Shown: positions 1-13,203, numbered from the stretch's first letter. The stretch: DNA of 64,000 bases from Octopus bimaculoides (GCF_001194135.2 NC_068994.1:40451188-40515187); one strand, 5' to 3'. The notes: a model not told the origin generated them from the letters alone. Translations and numbers: made by a program.

Positions 1-496
1 TACATCTTTAAAATATTTCAGCACATTTATATTCTGTGTGTTTTTTTTCGTTTTTTTTTTTTTGTGCATGACTCCATATTGACATCCAACTAGATTTAAA
101 CACTAACAAACATTAAACTTTGTCAAATGTCAGCAACATTTAACTGTAGGGATAAGTTTTGTTTTATTATATTTACAGAAATTTGTTGTTAGCTCTAAGC
201 CAGCAGACCTACAATAAAATGAGCTCCTGCTGTGATCATCTCTGTTTATATTTTAATGTATCTGTAATATCCATAATCTCTGCCAATTTTTGAAGATAGC
301 AGAGAAAAATTTGAGGAAAATCTGTTGCTATTTTTAGCAGGTCAAGCAACTCAATAGAGGTGTCTCTCCACCTTTATCATTGGTTCATAAATGTTGATGC
401 TCTTATTGAACTCAAACACAATCCTGTTTGAACTAAAATTAGAATTAAATCTGCAGGGGAGGAAGGAAATTGTTCACAATTTTCATGACAGCATAC

Positions 497-1010
497 CATC
501 ATCGTCATCGTTGTCGTCGTCGTCGTCGTCGTCATCATCGTCATCGTCGTCGTCATCGTCATCATCATCATCATCAGCATTTAATGACCATTTTCCATGC
601 TGGCATGAGCTAGGTGGATTGACAGGAACTGGCAAGACCAGAGGCCACCCCACGTTCCATAGTCTGTTTTGGCTTGGTTTCTACAGCCAGATGCCCTTCC
701 TAATACCAGCCACTCCACAGAATGTACTGGGTGTTTTTACATTAGACCATCATCAGTGCTTTTTGCATGGTACCAGTGCCAGAGTTTTTTATGTGGCGCC
801 AGCACCCACACCAATGCTTTTTATGTGGCATCTGGTTTTAGGATTTTAATTCTTTTGTGGTGGGCAGGTATTTTCAAGTACAGCAATGCACCATATATCT
901 CAACCCTCTGTCATCTCCTTCCTAATGTTCAGCATTTTGAGATCAGCCTTCAATGCTTTGTCTTCTTGGGTCTCGCATTTCCACAACTTTTAAATCATCA
1001 GCTTGTAAAT
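497..1010 (-). mobile_element. Degenerate RTE-clade LINE 3' end (ORF C-terminal remnant, 3' UTR, (GAT)n tail)
   Basis: The minus strand near 860-990 reads ...LKADLKMLNIRKEMTEG*DIWCIAVLEN, resembling the C-terminus of the 5095-5565 copy. 577-850 matches the same 3' UTR, and the (CAT/CGT)n tract at 497-576 is its tail. Confidence 0.6.
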
Positions 1011-1189
1011 CATGGTGGTCTTATGAAGCTAATTCACTCTCTTACAGGCTTATAGTTTGGTTTAAAAATTTTTTTTCAGTTCTTGTGTTTATCAAATATG
1101 ATGACAATGGTAGTTTCTTGTCATCCAAGAAAGACAGTTCTGTAATTCCTTTTTGAACAAGCTGCACAAATGACTTGTCTATAGTGATC

Positions 1190-1385
1190 AAATATTTCTG
1201 CTGTGCATTAGCTCACTGCCTCCATCAAAATATTACCTGAACAGGTGCACAGGATACCACAAAACAATATGAGATGAACAATATGAGATGAAGTGTTTTG
1301 TTCAAGAACACAATGCACCACCCAGTCCAGGAATTGAAACCATGACGTTATGAATTGTTGTGCCATACCTCAACCACTTGGCTAT
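1190..1385 (-). mobile_element. tRNA-derived SINE remnant (family D)
   Basis: Reverse complement of the head (ggatgcatagccaagtggttgag...gtttcaattcctggactggg) and body (ttcttgaacaaaacacttc), shared with 9820-10133 and 56051-56373. Confidence 0.55.
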
Positions 1386-2221
1386 GCATCCTTTTGTTTA
1401 ACAAATACCATATTACTAAAAATAGTATATGATTTTGACTATGCTCTCTTACTTTGCTTGGTGATGAATTTCTTGATAACTTGGTTACCTATTCTATTGC
1501 AAGGGTGTGAATTTGGTTTATATGAAATATTTTATAGTTGCTATGTGTGTTTTAACTGGGTGCTGTTTCCATTGTTAATACAGCATTCAATTTGTTTTAA
1601 TATTATGCTACAGATTGTTTGACTAAATTATCTGTACACCTGTTCTTCGCTACCATTTGTTTTATTATATTAATTTCATTTTCTGAACTATCATTTGGAA
1701 AGAGAGAAAAAGACAGACAGATGGAGGAGTAGAGAGAGAATCATCAAAGTAGTGATTTACAACTAACATTTTATATCTAGAGAGAGAGAAACATTTAATG
1801 TGTCCTTGCATTTATTGGCATGTATGGAATTTTTAGTGTAGACAATAAAATGACTATAAAAACACTACTGGGAGGCGGTTTATGAAACAGCAAAGACCAG
1901 GAAGTTCTGGAAACACAGATGAACCAAGAGACATTATTGTTTCAAACAAAATGGAACAGATTAATAAATTAATATGAAAAAATGAATAAGACAAATAAAA
2001 AGTTAGCCTAGTTGCAGTTTTGCATTTTTAATAATGTATTATACGTATATATCTACACTATTTATATGTACACATGTTGTACATACATATATACATATAT
2101 ACAAATATGTGTATGTATGTGTGTGTGTGTATATATATGCACATACATACATACATGCACGCACACATAATACATACACACATGCATACACACGCACGAC
2201 GCAAAGACACACACACACATA

Positions 2222-2437
2222 CAGGGTCTGATGGGTAAATTGTCACCATACTGTACTGCCTGGCATTTGCACCAGAAGCTCCAATGCGAGAGTGATAAAA
2301 ATCAAACATCAGTCAACATCATGGTGTCTGGAGTAACCACTAGTGATGGCGACATTATGCCTCCATTCATCTTCCCACATGGCTTCACACTCAACATGGA
2401 GGCCTACATCAAGTGCCTGGAGGAGGTAGTGCTGACC
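2222..2437 (+). mobile_element. maT (DD37D Tc1/mariner) non-autonomous fragment, left end
   Basis: TA followed by CAGGGTCTGATGGGTAAATTGTC terminal repeat. It encodes VNIMVSGVTTSDGDIMPPFIFPHGFTLNMEAYIKCLEEVVLT, the same family as 20825 and 46948, and is truncated by an LTR-like insert. Confidence 0.8.
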
Positions 2438-2757
2438 TGTTTCTCTCGATGTGGATCTCTTCCATTTGCATAGCGTCTTCAGACAGGCTTTTGGCTGCTG
2501 CTGCCGTGTACATTCCTGATTCCATATCCACAAATGGGTAAGAAAACACTCTTCAACAATAAATATTAACAATAATATTTCAACAATTCTTCAAGCAATT
2601 TTCAACAATACACAAATCAAAGCAACTCACTGTTCACAACGCTCTCCTTCGACAAAATCACCAACGACCTCTACTCAACTACCTCGGCATCTAGACTTCC
2701 CCCTCTATATCTATGTATTGGGTGAGCCTACTTCATCATCTGGGGACGTCGACACAA

Positions 2758-2759
<2 letters not shown>
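2438..2759 (-). mobile_element. LTR-like segment (Gypsy-type 5' LTR plus short internal stub, or solo LTR)
   Basis: The minus strand starts TGTTGTGTCG, has a TATA-like ATATAGAGG and ends ...AATGTACA at 2497, followed by a PBS-like CGGCAGCAGC. The whole segment is also bounded TG...CA. No TSD is recognisable. Confidence 0.45.
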
Positions 2760-2823
<64 letters not shown>

Positions 2824-2923
2824 TTGTACCTGTCCACATACAAATATATGCATATGTATACATACAAAGTGGTATACATTTATATTGAATACAAATATGG
2901 AAAGACCTTTGCTGTAGTAACTG

Positions 2924-3131
2924 GAAGAATGAAGAAAAGATGGAGGAAGAGGAAGTGGAGAAGAAGAAGAAGAAGAAGAAGAAGGAGAAGGAGAAGGAGG
3001 AGAAGGAGAAGGAGAAGGAGAAGGAGAAGGAGAAGAAGGAGAAGAAGAAGAAGGAGGAGAAGAAGAAGGAGGAGAAGAAGGAGGAGAAAAAGAAGAAGAA
3101 GGAGGAGGAGAAGGAGAAGAAGAAGAAGATT
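2924..3131 (+). repeat. Near-pure polypurine (GAA/GAG/AAG)n tract
   Basis: About 200 nt of almost only A and G in trinucleotide-like units. It explains the poly-E/K/R and poly-F/S/L ORFs. Confidence 0.95.
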
Positions 3132-3475
3132 ATAAACACTTGCAAATTTTGAGTGGAACATTGCACAAGTAACATCACATGGCTTATAATCCAGTATTTG
3201 CTGTACTACATCAAAAAATATTTGGATCTTCAGAGTCTAAATATTTTCAGGTATTGAAGCAGAAATTCTGTTTTTTTATGATTCACAACTTCATATTTAA
3301 AGAATATGGAAATTATTTTAAATTCCCTATTAAATAAAGTGTGGAGTTGGGTTTATCATAGAACCAGTGAAATATTCTTTTTTATTCCATTTTTTATATG
3401 CTTATCAATGAACAGCAGAATCCATCTGGTTGTAAATGTTTTGTTGTCATTGTCTTCTCTGTTGTTGCCACAATC

Positions 3476-3725
3476 ACCATCTACACCACCATTGTCATCA
3501 TCATCATCATCATCGTCATCATCATCATCATCACTCTTATCAACACGACCATTGCCATATTTGTCATCATCATCAATGTAGTTGTCATTGTTGTTGTCCT
3601 TGTAATTATCATCATCACCCTCTCCTCCCCATCATCATCATCACTGACCTCTTCCTCATCAGCATCATCATCGCCCTCATTGCAATTATGCCCATCATTG
3701 CCATCCTCCTCCTCCTCCTCCTCCT

Positions 3726-3771
<46 letters not shown>

Positions 3772-3807
3772 GTCATCGTCACCACCACCACCACCACCAC
3801 CACCACC
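3476..3807 (+). repeat. Compound trinucleotide SSR region (CAT)n/(CCT)n/(CAC)n
   Basis: Interrupted CAT, CCT and CAC runs are directly visible. Confidence 0.9.
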
Positions 3808-4565
3808 TTTGTAAATATTCCAGAATAGGAAATTATTCCAAAACTTTTTGCAGCTCTAAAACAAGATATTCTAATATAAATTAATTAATTCAATACTGAC
3901 CATAGAGTGAAATGAAAATAAATAATTAAATAAATAAATAAATAAATACATGAATACTTAATTAAATAAAAGGAAACTAAATTTTTGAAGCAAATTTTTT
4001 TGGTTGGCAATTAAGTTTTATTTTTATTTTATTTTTTGTTCACAATTGGCCATTTCTGATAAAAATCAGTTTCATTTGACACCAAATCAGTTATGACACC
4101 TTACAGCTTTGTTAGTGCCAAATTAAAATGTGTTTGTTTATGTGTGTGTGTGTGTGTGTGCACATGCGAGTGAGTGTATGTGTGTGTGCATGTGATATGT
4201 GCATATGTGTGTATGTAAGGATATGTGTGTATGCATGTATACATGTGTGTGAATATTTGCTTCTTCTCTTTTGTGTATTAGTGCATAAACAAATGCTCTT
4301 TTCATATAAATGAAATTAACTATTGTTTTATTTCATCATTGCTTCAACTTTGATGTTTGAAATAAATAGCTTAGATACTGCCATACAAGAGATTGTGTCA
4401 AACAGAATAGTGTTGTTAATGACACTAACCAAATAAAGCATTTGCAGCAATTTCATATGGAATCTACTGCAAAACCATATTACTAAATACTCAGACAAAT
4501 AGGATGATTTCAACTAAACTCTTAGCTTACATTTGGATTGTAAATTTAATCTATTGTTTGGTTTA

Positions 4566-4774
4566 GACTTTTGATACCACCCCACCTGAGACAAACCCTG
4601 TTTCTGTGATACAAATTTCCTGTTTGAAAGTGATTTAAATTAAACCATTCCATCAAAATTTCACGTTAATTTATGAACCAAACGTCAATTTAATAATGAA
4701 AAATTTATTCTTCAAAATTCTTCATCATTTTCAAAATTAAATGAAGGAAATGCAGAAATATGGTAGCAAAAGGG
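4566..4774. mobile_element. Degenerate piggyBac-type MITE
   Basis: Ends CTTTTGATACC...GGTAGCAAAAGGG followed by TTTAA, with size and terminal pattern like the intact 52577-52797 element. Confidence 0.5.
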
Positions 4775-5094
4775 TTTAAGAACACTTCTTGGTGAGTCAA
4801 TGAGAAATCTCTGCTTGGTTGATTAAACTATCAGATGTGGCAACAAAATTCCCCCTATTCTCTTAAAAGCAGGATTCCTTAGATAATATAATCATGGGCA
4901 CCCTATATATGAAAAAAAAACAAACAAACATAAAAAACAAAACCCAGGATGCTTATAGTTAGAATGTCTTTGATCATTAGTCTTTTCAATCTAAGTTGAT
5001 TTCGTTTTGAACAACAACAGAAATACCATGTCTTCAGGGGGCTTTTAAAAGAGACTACTCTGATGCAAAGACTTGAGGATAACTTCAATTCATC

Positions 5095-5565
5095 CCATCA
5101 TCATCATCATCATCATCGTTTAACGTCCGCTTTCCATGCTAGCATGGGTTGGACGATTTGACTGAGGACTGGTGAAACCGGATGGCAACACCAGGCTCCA
5201 GTCTGATTTGGCAGAGTTTCTACAGCTGGATGCCCTTCCTAACGCCAACCACTCAGAGAGTGTAGTGGGTGCTTTTACGTGTCACCCGCACGAAAACGGC
5301 CACGCTCGAAATGGTGTCTTTTATGTGCCACCCGCACAAGCCAGTCCAGGGGCACTGGCAACGATCTCGCTCGAAAATCCTACAGGAGCCAGTCAGGCGG
5401 TACTGGCAACGGCCACGCTCAAAATGGTGCATCTCATGTGCCACCCGCACAAGAACCAGTCCAGGGGCACTGGCAACAATCTTACTTAGCTTGCCGGGTC
5501 TTCTCACGCACAGCCCATTTCCAAAGGTCTCGGTCCGTAGTCATCGCCTCGGTGAGGCCCAATAT
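5095..5565 (-). mobile_element. Young 5'-truncated RTE-clade LINE 3' end
   Basis: The minus strand encodes LGLTEAMTTDRDLWKWAVREKTRQAK*, followed by a ~390-nt CpG-rich 3' UTR ending GGAAAGCGGACGTTAAAC and a (GAT)n tail. Confidence 0.85.
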
Positions 5566-5651
5566 TTGTATGAAGGTACATGACTCCATGGTTAGAGTGT
5601 CAGACTCACTATCATGAGGCAGTGAGTTTGATTCCCAGACCAGGTTGTGTG

Positions 5652-5777
5652 CTGTGCTGTTTTTCTCACAGACAGTGCCCAACTGACCCCACAATACTGT
5701 GTAGTCGACAAAATCAAAAACAAACAACACACAAAATTAAAAATATAAAATAGCAACAATTTACCCATCGCTCTCTG
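5652..5777 (-). mobile_element. maT left-end fragment in reverse orientation
   Basis: The reverse complement TA-CAGAGAGCGATGGGTAAATTGTTGCTATTTT...GACTACACAGTATTGTGGGGTCAGTTGGGCAC matches the left ends at 20825 and 46948. Confidence 0.8.
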
Positions 5778-6244
5778 TATATATGGTGAGAGAGAGAGTG
5801 AGAAAGAGAGAGAGAGTGAGAGAGAGAGAGTGGGGGAGTGATAGATATGATTTATTTGACAATTTTATCAAAATTTAGCCTTGTCCATGATGTATATATT
5901 CAAGTGGTCTATAAATGTATATGATCTAATAATCATCTACATATACATCTGATGGGTTTCTGCACATTTTTTACCAACCAAATATCACTTACAAAATATC
6001 AGTCAATCTATCAGAATGTTAAAAGATACTTGCCCAAAGTCCCACTTTGTACAGTGGACTCTGGAGGCACACAACCTTGGGTAGGTATTATTATTTGCTA
6101 AAAACCAATTCTGCCAATTGGTTTTAATTTGCAGCATGAATCACTTTTGCTTATGATGATGAGAAATACATCAGTACTGATTCAATGCGACTAAAATCAC
6201 TTCTTAATAAATCTTTTATATTCGGTTACTATAGGTTAGTAAGT

Positions 6245-6445
6245 TGGTAGAATTATTAGCATGTCAGACAAAAGCATTAGCGGCATTTTTCTGACTTTAC
6301 ATTTTGAGTTCAAAATCTGTCTTGCTCAACTTGACCTTTCATACTTTCAGGATCAATGAAATAAGTACGCTATAAGCGCTGTGATTGAGGTAACCAACTT
6401 ACTATCTCTCACCAAATTTTAGGCCTTGTGCTTACAGCAGAAAGA
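6245..6445 (+). mobile_element. Degenerate SINE, family B (Meta-like body)
   Basis: ttggtagaattattagc...ttttgagttcaaaatc...cctttcatactttcaggatcaatgaaataagtac is a diverged version of the 23972-24209 element. Confidence 0.65.
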
Positions 6446-6664
6446 ATTATTTTGTGTCAGTATAGAAAATTATCATTATTGTGCAAAATTGTGCATGTCA
6501 AACATATTTTGGTAAACAACTATGCAAGCAAAATTTTTGAAAACTGCAGATATGGTTATCAAAGATGATTAATTATTTTTGCAGAAAATATGTTATGTTA
6601 TTTAGTTTTATAAAATGTGGAAAAATTTCAACCTCCCATAATGACGACATATTTACAGTAAAAT

Positions 6665-7000
6665 GTGTTGGATAATGAAAGAGAAAAATTATGTTTGAGA
6701 AAGATAGAGGAAGAGAGAGATTGGAGAATAAGAGAAAGGCAGACAGACAAACAGGCAGATAAGCAGTCAAAAAGATACATGGGAAGAAAGAGAAAAAAAC
6801 AGAGAAAGAAGAAGAGAGAAAGAGACGCAGACGGACAGACACAGAAACAAAAAGGGGAAACAGAGAATAAAAAAGATTGAGGGAAAGTGAGAGAAAGTGA
6901 AAGATATGGCAAGAAGCAGAGACATGCAGGGTGAGAGGGAAAGTGAGGGAGTCAGAGAGAAGAAGAGGTAGAGAAAAATGATAGAGAAGAAGGCTATCAA
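6665..7000 (+). repeat. GA-rich low-complexity tract
   Basis: Purine-biased AGAG/AAAG sequence with no consistent coding signal. Confidence 0.8.
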
Positions 7001-7614
7001 AAGCTTTCTACAAGCAGGAGGCCTTAGAGAAAGGTGGGTGAAGACATATTATGATGAGAGAAAGAAGACAGGAAGCATATTTCGTGTGAGAATGAAAAAG
7101 AAATAATTAAATAGAAAAACGAAAAACCAAGAAACAACAAACAAGTACATAACAACAACATTACCACATTATCACCGAAAGAAACAAAAATGTGTTTAAA
7201 TGAGGAAGGATTTTGAGAAAAACAGGATGGTAATAAATAGAAAATTAGCAGTAAAATGACCGACGAAATGGGGTTCACCTGAAGGATGAAAATATAATTT
7301 AACGAGAAGATTATTGCTTAAATAAATAACAGTGTGTGTTTGTAGAAATTAAATTCAGAGAAAATGATTTCCCAGGAACAAATACATCATGAAATTTGTA
7401 TGCTAGGTGAATGCAAGTAAAATGAAAAATGCAACAATGCTCTGAAACAATTTAGCAAACGAGGGAATGAAACAAATGGTTTGGCTGATAACTGCTGCTT
7501 AAATGCTATGGAAAAAGATTCCAAAGAATATGTTAATAATAACAAATTTTTGTGTGTATTTCTGCGTGTGCTTGTATGTATATGTATTTCTCAAGTAGAA
7601 AGCATGTATGTGTA

Positions 7615-7650
<36 letters not shown>

Positions 7651-7686
7651 TATGTGTGTGTGTGTATATAGACACACACATATTTG

Positions 7687-7728
<42 letters not shown>

Positions 7729-8207
7729 AACACACATATTTGTGTGTGTGTGCGTGTGTGCATGTGTATATAGTTGAGAGTTGTATATTCTTGGTTGTGG
7801 CATATACCTGGTTAAAAGGTTACCATTGGTTTTGATTCTAGTATTACACTTAGCAACACAGATGACTCATCAGATACACACGTCTATATTCCCAGCTGCA
7901 ATAACAGTTTTTGACTGGTTACATGCTATAACCAAAAATATACTACTCAGCTATATAAATGTAGAATTGTTGTGCTTGAGAAGAAGACCCATCCAGCTGT
8001 AGAAAACTATGCCAAATCAGACTGGAGTTTGGTGCAGTCTTCCAGCATGCCAGGCCAGTCAAACCATCTAACCCATGCCATCATGGATAATGGATGTTAA
8101 ATGATAATGATGATGATATATGTGTGTGTGTATGTGTGTATATATATATATATGTTTAGATATATATTTATATAAATGTATATATATACATATATACATA
8201 CATACCT

Positions 8208-8237
<30 letters not shown>

Positions 8238-8238
<1 letters not shown>

Positions 8239-8961
8239 AGATAAAACTTGGAAAGGGATGCATGGCATTCGATCATATAATAATATAAATAATATATATA
8301 TATTCATATATACATACATATATATGTGTATATACATGCATATATGGGTCAGGACATCAAAAAAATGAGAACGAAATGAAAAACGAGAACATAAAAAACA
8401 AAATCATGGGAAACGAACTTTTTTTTCAAACAATGAAAGAAACAAATAGAGAAACGAGACAGGCAACATAAAGAACAATCCCTTCATCAGTTGTCCTCTG
8501 TTTTATGTACTCCGTGTTTTGAACGTTGGGACAAGACACGACTCCGTTAAAACAGTTGTTCCCGCAAAGCAAATTAAATAAAATTTGGGATTTGTGGAGG
8601 GTTAAAGAGGTAACAAAAACAGGACTGTAAGAACAAAACAGTAAAAACAAATGGTAAGGGCTGTTAAGCCATAACGAGGTGAAGTGGTGAACGCTGGAGA
8701 AACAAGCTTTGACAGGAGACAGGCAAAAGTGTGTCTTGTCTCTTGTAAAGCAAGAGGAAAAAGAAAGATAGCTGCTGGTCATGTGTGAGCAAAACGAGAG
8801 TCAAGGAGGAAGTGTGAGGGAGAGAGAGGGAGAGAAAGAGAACGGTGAAGGGGAGGAGAAGAAATACAGAAAGAAAGAATAATAATAAGAGTGCACATCA
8901 GTATTATTAAGATAAAACTTACTTGGAAATGGAAGCGTTTGATCATATAATAATATAAATA
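8238..8961. repeat. Unclassified interspersed repeat bracketed by ~55-bp imperfect direct repeats
   Basis: AAGATAAAACTT..GGAAA.GGA.GC..GATCATATAATAATATAAATA occurs at 8238-8291 and 8909-8961, with a relatively CpG-rich interior. Confidence 0.5.
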
Positions 8962-9819
8962 GTATATATATATATATGCATGTATATGTGTATGTATATG
9001 TTTCTATATAGTCCACAAGTCATTCACAATTTAAAATAATTGCTATAACATATATAATTTTATATTACACCAACCAATGTCATTGGCTTTAGCAGAAGTC
9101 AGATGCACAAAAAAAGACCATTTAGTGAGATCAAACACAAAAAAGTAAACTTAGATAGTCATCAGCGATTTGTAGCAATTCAAATAAATTTCCTGGTATT
9201 GTAACAGCAGATGAAGCAAAATAAGTTATTGTAAGAGCAATTCATTAAAATATGATGACAAAACACACATTGAAGATAAATCATGGGACTGATACTTTAT
9301 CTTCACAACCGTTGCCCTTTGAGTACAAGACCAAATGCATGAATGAGTTGTTGTTTGTGTTTGGAGCTTACTAAAATAATTCTTTTTGTTAAACATTATC
9401 ACTTGCTTTCTCGAATTTACTACTATAATATTTCCAAAAGTTTTTGCTTTAACTTTGTGCTCGTGAGAGTTATTCTATATTTTCTGTATCAGGCCCTGTC
9501 ATATTTGGTTATTTTCATTGATGGTATACCAAAACACTGTTAATTCAAAATATTCTTGAAGTGCTCTGCTTACTGATGACTAAGCTATTCAAAGACAAGA
9601 TGACTCTCAGAACACTGTAAGATCGCAAGAAACATTTTATAAATTTAATGTTTAGTTTCATTGTAAGATTGACAGTTAGGCTGAAGCAATTCAAAATCTT
9701 AAGCATGAACTGAAGAACTTTATCCTTAAATCATTGGATGAAAAACCAGCTATGTTGTGCTCATTAGTTGTTGCTTCTCATATAAGCACAAGGCCAGCAA
9801 TTAAGTGCAGCTCAATAAT

Positions 9820-10133
9820 GTGAAGGTGCATGGCTTAATGGTTAGAGTATTTGGCTCATAATCATAAGGTAGTGAGTTCAATTCCCAGCGATGTGTTGTG
9901 TCCTTGAACAAAATACTTTATTTCACATTGCTCCAGTCCAATCAGCTGGCAACAATGAGTAATAGATGTATTTCAAAGGGCCAGCCTTATCACACAATGT
10001 GTCATGTTGAATTTTCCTACGAACGTTAACGGTACACATGTCTGTGAAGTGCTCAGTCATTTGCACATTAATTTCATGAGCAGGCTGTTCCATTGATCAA
10101 ATCAATTGGAACCCTCGTCATGTAACCAACAGA
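9820..10133 (+). mobile_element. Full-length tRNA-derived SINE, family D
   Basis: A box TGGCTTAATGG, B box GAGTTCAATTC, CORE-like TCCTTGAACAAAATACTT and a 3' body shared with 56051-56373. Confidence 0.8.
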
Positions 10134-11583
10134 CTGTATATTGTTTGTCAGTTATATTGTCCCAACATTTAAAAGGTACTTTCTTTTATCAATCTCTGTA
10201 TTTGATTGGCACTTTATTTTATTGACCTCAGAGAGATGAAAAGCATAGTTAATCTGGGCAGGATTTCAATTCAGTAGGCAAAAAGTCAGAAGGAAGGTGA
10301 TAAGGCATTTTTCCAGTGTTTAAGCAACTCTACCAATCCCCTGCTCTGGTTTAATCATGCAGTTCCACACTCATCTACAATCAAGAAGGTAAAAATCCTT
10401 CTTAATTGGAATTTGTAAGATTAAAAAGAAAAAGAAAACCTGTAGGAATCAACAAAAGCCATCACACATATGCTAACATCGTATTAGAGATGTCATTATC
10501 TCAAGGATCAGATTCTTGCTAAAAATACAGAAAGGAAAGCTGAGATGAGACTTTAAATTGCCTGATTTAGTTTCAATGCTTCAGTGATGGAAAAGGTGTT
10601 GTTATGATATATGCTTATACAGCAAAACAGGAAAAATATCTAGGAATTTTATCAGTCATTAACAAGAGGTCATTCATATAAATTATTTATGAAGTGATAG
10701 AACAAGCTAGCAATAGAGCAAAACTTCTTAAAACATGATCGATACAAAGTTGAATCAATTACCAAGAGAGGTTGTCAAATTGAAAGCAACCAACTAATTC
10801 ATGAATAGGTAAAAAAAAAGAAAGAAAAAAAGAATCCAGAGAATCTTGTGGGAGTCTGCATCAGCAAAAATTGTTTTTATTGGTAAAGTATAAAGATTTT
10901 TAAGTTGGTAGGCCATTGAGAGAAAAGTTTCCTTACATTTCCAACCGAGTTCTTCTTCGGAGAAAAAGAAAAAAGCTGTTCTTTTTGTGTATCCTTTGTT
11001 TAACAAAGTGTGTTAAAATGGACACAGACACACACACACACACAGACACACACATACAGACATACATGCACGCATGCACACACACACACACATGCATGCA
11101 CGCACACACACACACACACACACAAGTTTTTTCCTTTCTCCAACTAATGACTCAGTCTGTAGCATCATGAAATTTTCTTCCTAACAACATACAAATTTGT
11201 TTTCTTCTTTAAAACTTTCTACTAATTCATAAACAGACTTGGTGAATATTGACAGAAAAAAAGAAAAGAGCTTGTGGTTCCTTTCTAATGTACAGGAATA
11301 GTACATTACAAAAAAAATATTTATTATCAGGCTTCACCTATTATTTGTCAAAACCTATAACAGATAAAGACTGACTCTGAAGTTAGTAAAATGAGAGCCC
11401 AAATATGTAAGGTTCATTTATCACAATAATTAAATAACCGACTAAATAAAAGAATAAATAAATAAAAGTATCAATGATAAAAGTAGAGGAAGATAAAATA
11501 AGGTTCAAAGTGTAACCTCGGAGCTATTTTCAATGAGTCTAGTTTCTGTAGATTTCCCCAGAGTGATGAGATGACATATATAT

Positions 11584-11992
11584 NNNNNNNNNNNNNNNNN
11601 NNNNNNNNNNNNNNNNNNNNNNNNNNNNNNNNNNNNNNNNNNNNNNNNNNNNNNNNNNNNNNNNNNNNNNNNNNNNNNNNNNNNNNNNNNNNNNNNNNNN
11701 NNNNNNNNNNNNNNNNNNNNNNNNNNNNNNNNNNNNNNNNNNNNNNNNNNNNNNNNNNNNNNNNNNNNNNNNNNNNNNNNNNNNNNNNNNNNNNNNNNNN
11801 NNNNNNNNNNNNNNNNNNNNNNNNNNNNNNNNNNNNNNNNNNNNNNNNNNNNNNNNNNNNNNNNNNNNNNNNNNNNNNNNNNNNNNNNNNNNNNNNNNNN
11901 NNNNNNNNNNNNNNNNNNNNNNNNNNNNNNNNNNNNNNNNNNNNNNNNNNNNNNNNNNNNNNNNNNNNNNNNNNNNNNNNNNNNNNNNNNNN
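11584..11992. other. Assembly gap (N run) at a (TA)n tract
   Basis: N run flanked by TA repeats. Confidence 0.99.
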
Positions 11993-12038
<46 letters not shown>

Positions 12039-12867
12039 TGGTGACTCAGGCACTCAGGATGTTCAGGCTTAGCCCGAATATAAATTTAGTAAAGTGAACA
12101 TGTGTTTGCAAGCTGATTTAATTTCTGCCAACACTGACTTCAAGTATGTAATTTCAGCTAATAACTTGGGCTCCTTTTATTGAGCCTGATCGCAGTTCAT
12201 TTACTTTCATTCACAGTCTGGTGGTCGTCTTAGAGGTCTCCTGTATCAAAAAATGTCATTCATGGCTGATGTTCTCTTGGCATCGTTCACACGCGCCTGA
12301 CTTGAGCTCAAGAGTTACAGCCCGAGTTGTTCCCTATAATCGTAAAAATTAAAAGTAATTCAAATTAAATGCTTTCTTGAAACAATAAATTTCTTTAGAG
12401 ATTAGGATATAAATTGAAATCTATGAAAAGTTTCTGTTCTACAATATTTTTAAAAGAAAGTAAAATTATCCAGCAGCTCAGGGTAATATGAACGAGCCTG
12501 GTAAGTGTAAAAGAATAACTGGCATCTCTTGTCAAGAGTACAGGTGACAGTCAGATCACGGATGTTTGTTGTGCACTCCACTGTCATTACTTAATTGCTG
12601 TTATTCTGTGTGTCTGTGTGTAAAGATAAGTTGAGTTTGGCAGGGTTGCTTTATTTTTACCTTTAACTTAGAAATGGAGAAAAACATAGTGTGCTGGATA
12701 TCAAAAGTAAGCCATTTGGGGCTAGGAATAAAGCAGAAAAACATGAAATTCTTTGATCAAGCATGTGTCTTATGCAAAATCTGTGATGAGCCCAAGTGAC
12801 AAAAAGCAGGATGAGCCCAAGTGACGAAATCTGTGATGAGCCCGAGTGACACTGATGACCTGGAGTC

Positions 12868-12911
<44 letters not shown>

Positions 12912-13188
12912 NNNNNNNNNNNNNNNNNNNNNNNNNNNNNNNNNNNNNNNNNNNNNNNNNNNNNNNNNNNNNNNNNNNNNNNNNNNNNNNNNNNNNNNNN
13001 NNNNNNNNNNNNNNNNNNNNNNNNNNNNNNNNNNNNNNNNNNNNNNNNNNNNNNNNNNNNNNNNNNNNNNNNNNNNNNNNNNNNNNNNNNNNNNNNNNNN
13101 NNNNNNNNNNNNNNNNNNNNNNNNNNNNNNNNNNNNNNNNNNNNNNNNNNNNNNNNNNNNNNNNNNNNNNNNNNNNNNNNNNNNNNNN
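12912..13188. other. Assembly gap (N run) at a (TA)n tract
   Basis: N run flanked by TA repeats. Confidence 0.99.
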
Positions 13189-13203
13189 ATATATATATAT
13201 ATA

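Noticed and set aside
2222-5777. Composite transposon bounded by two inverted maT ends
   Set aside because: Both are left-end fragments of separate decayed copies with diverged TIRs. There is no evidence they moved together.
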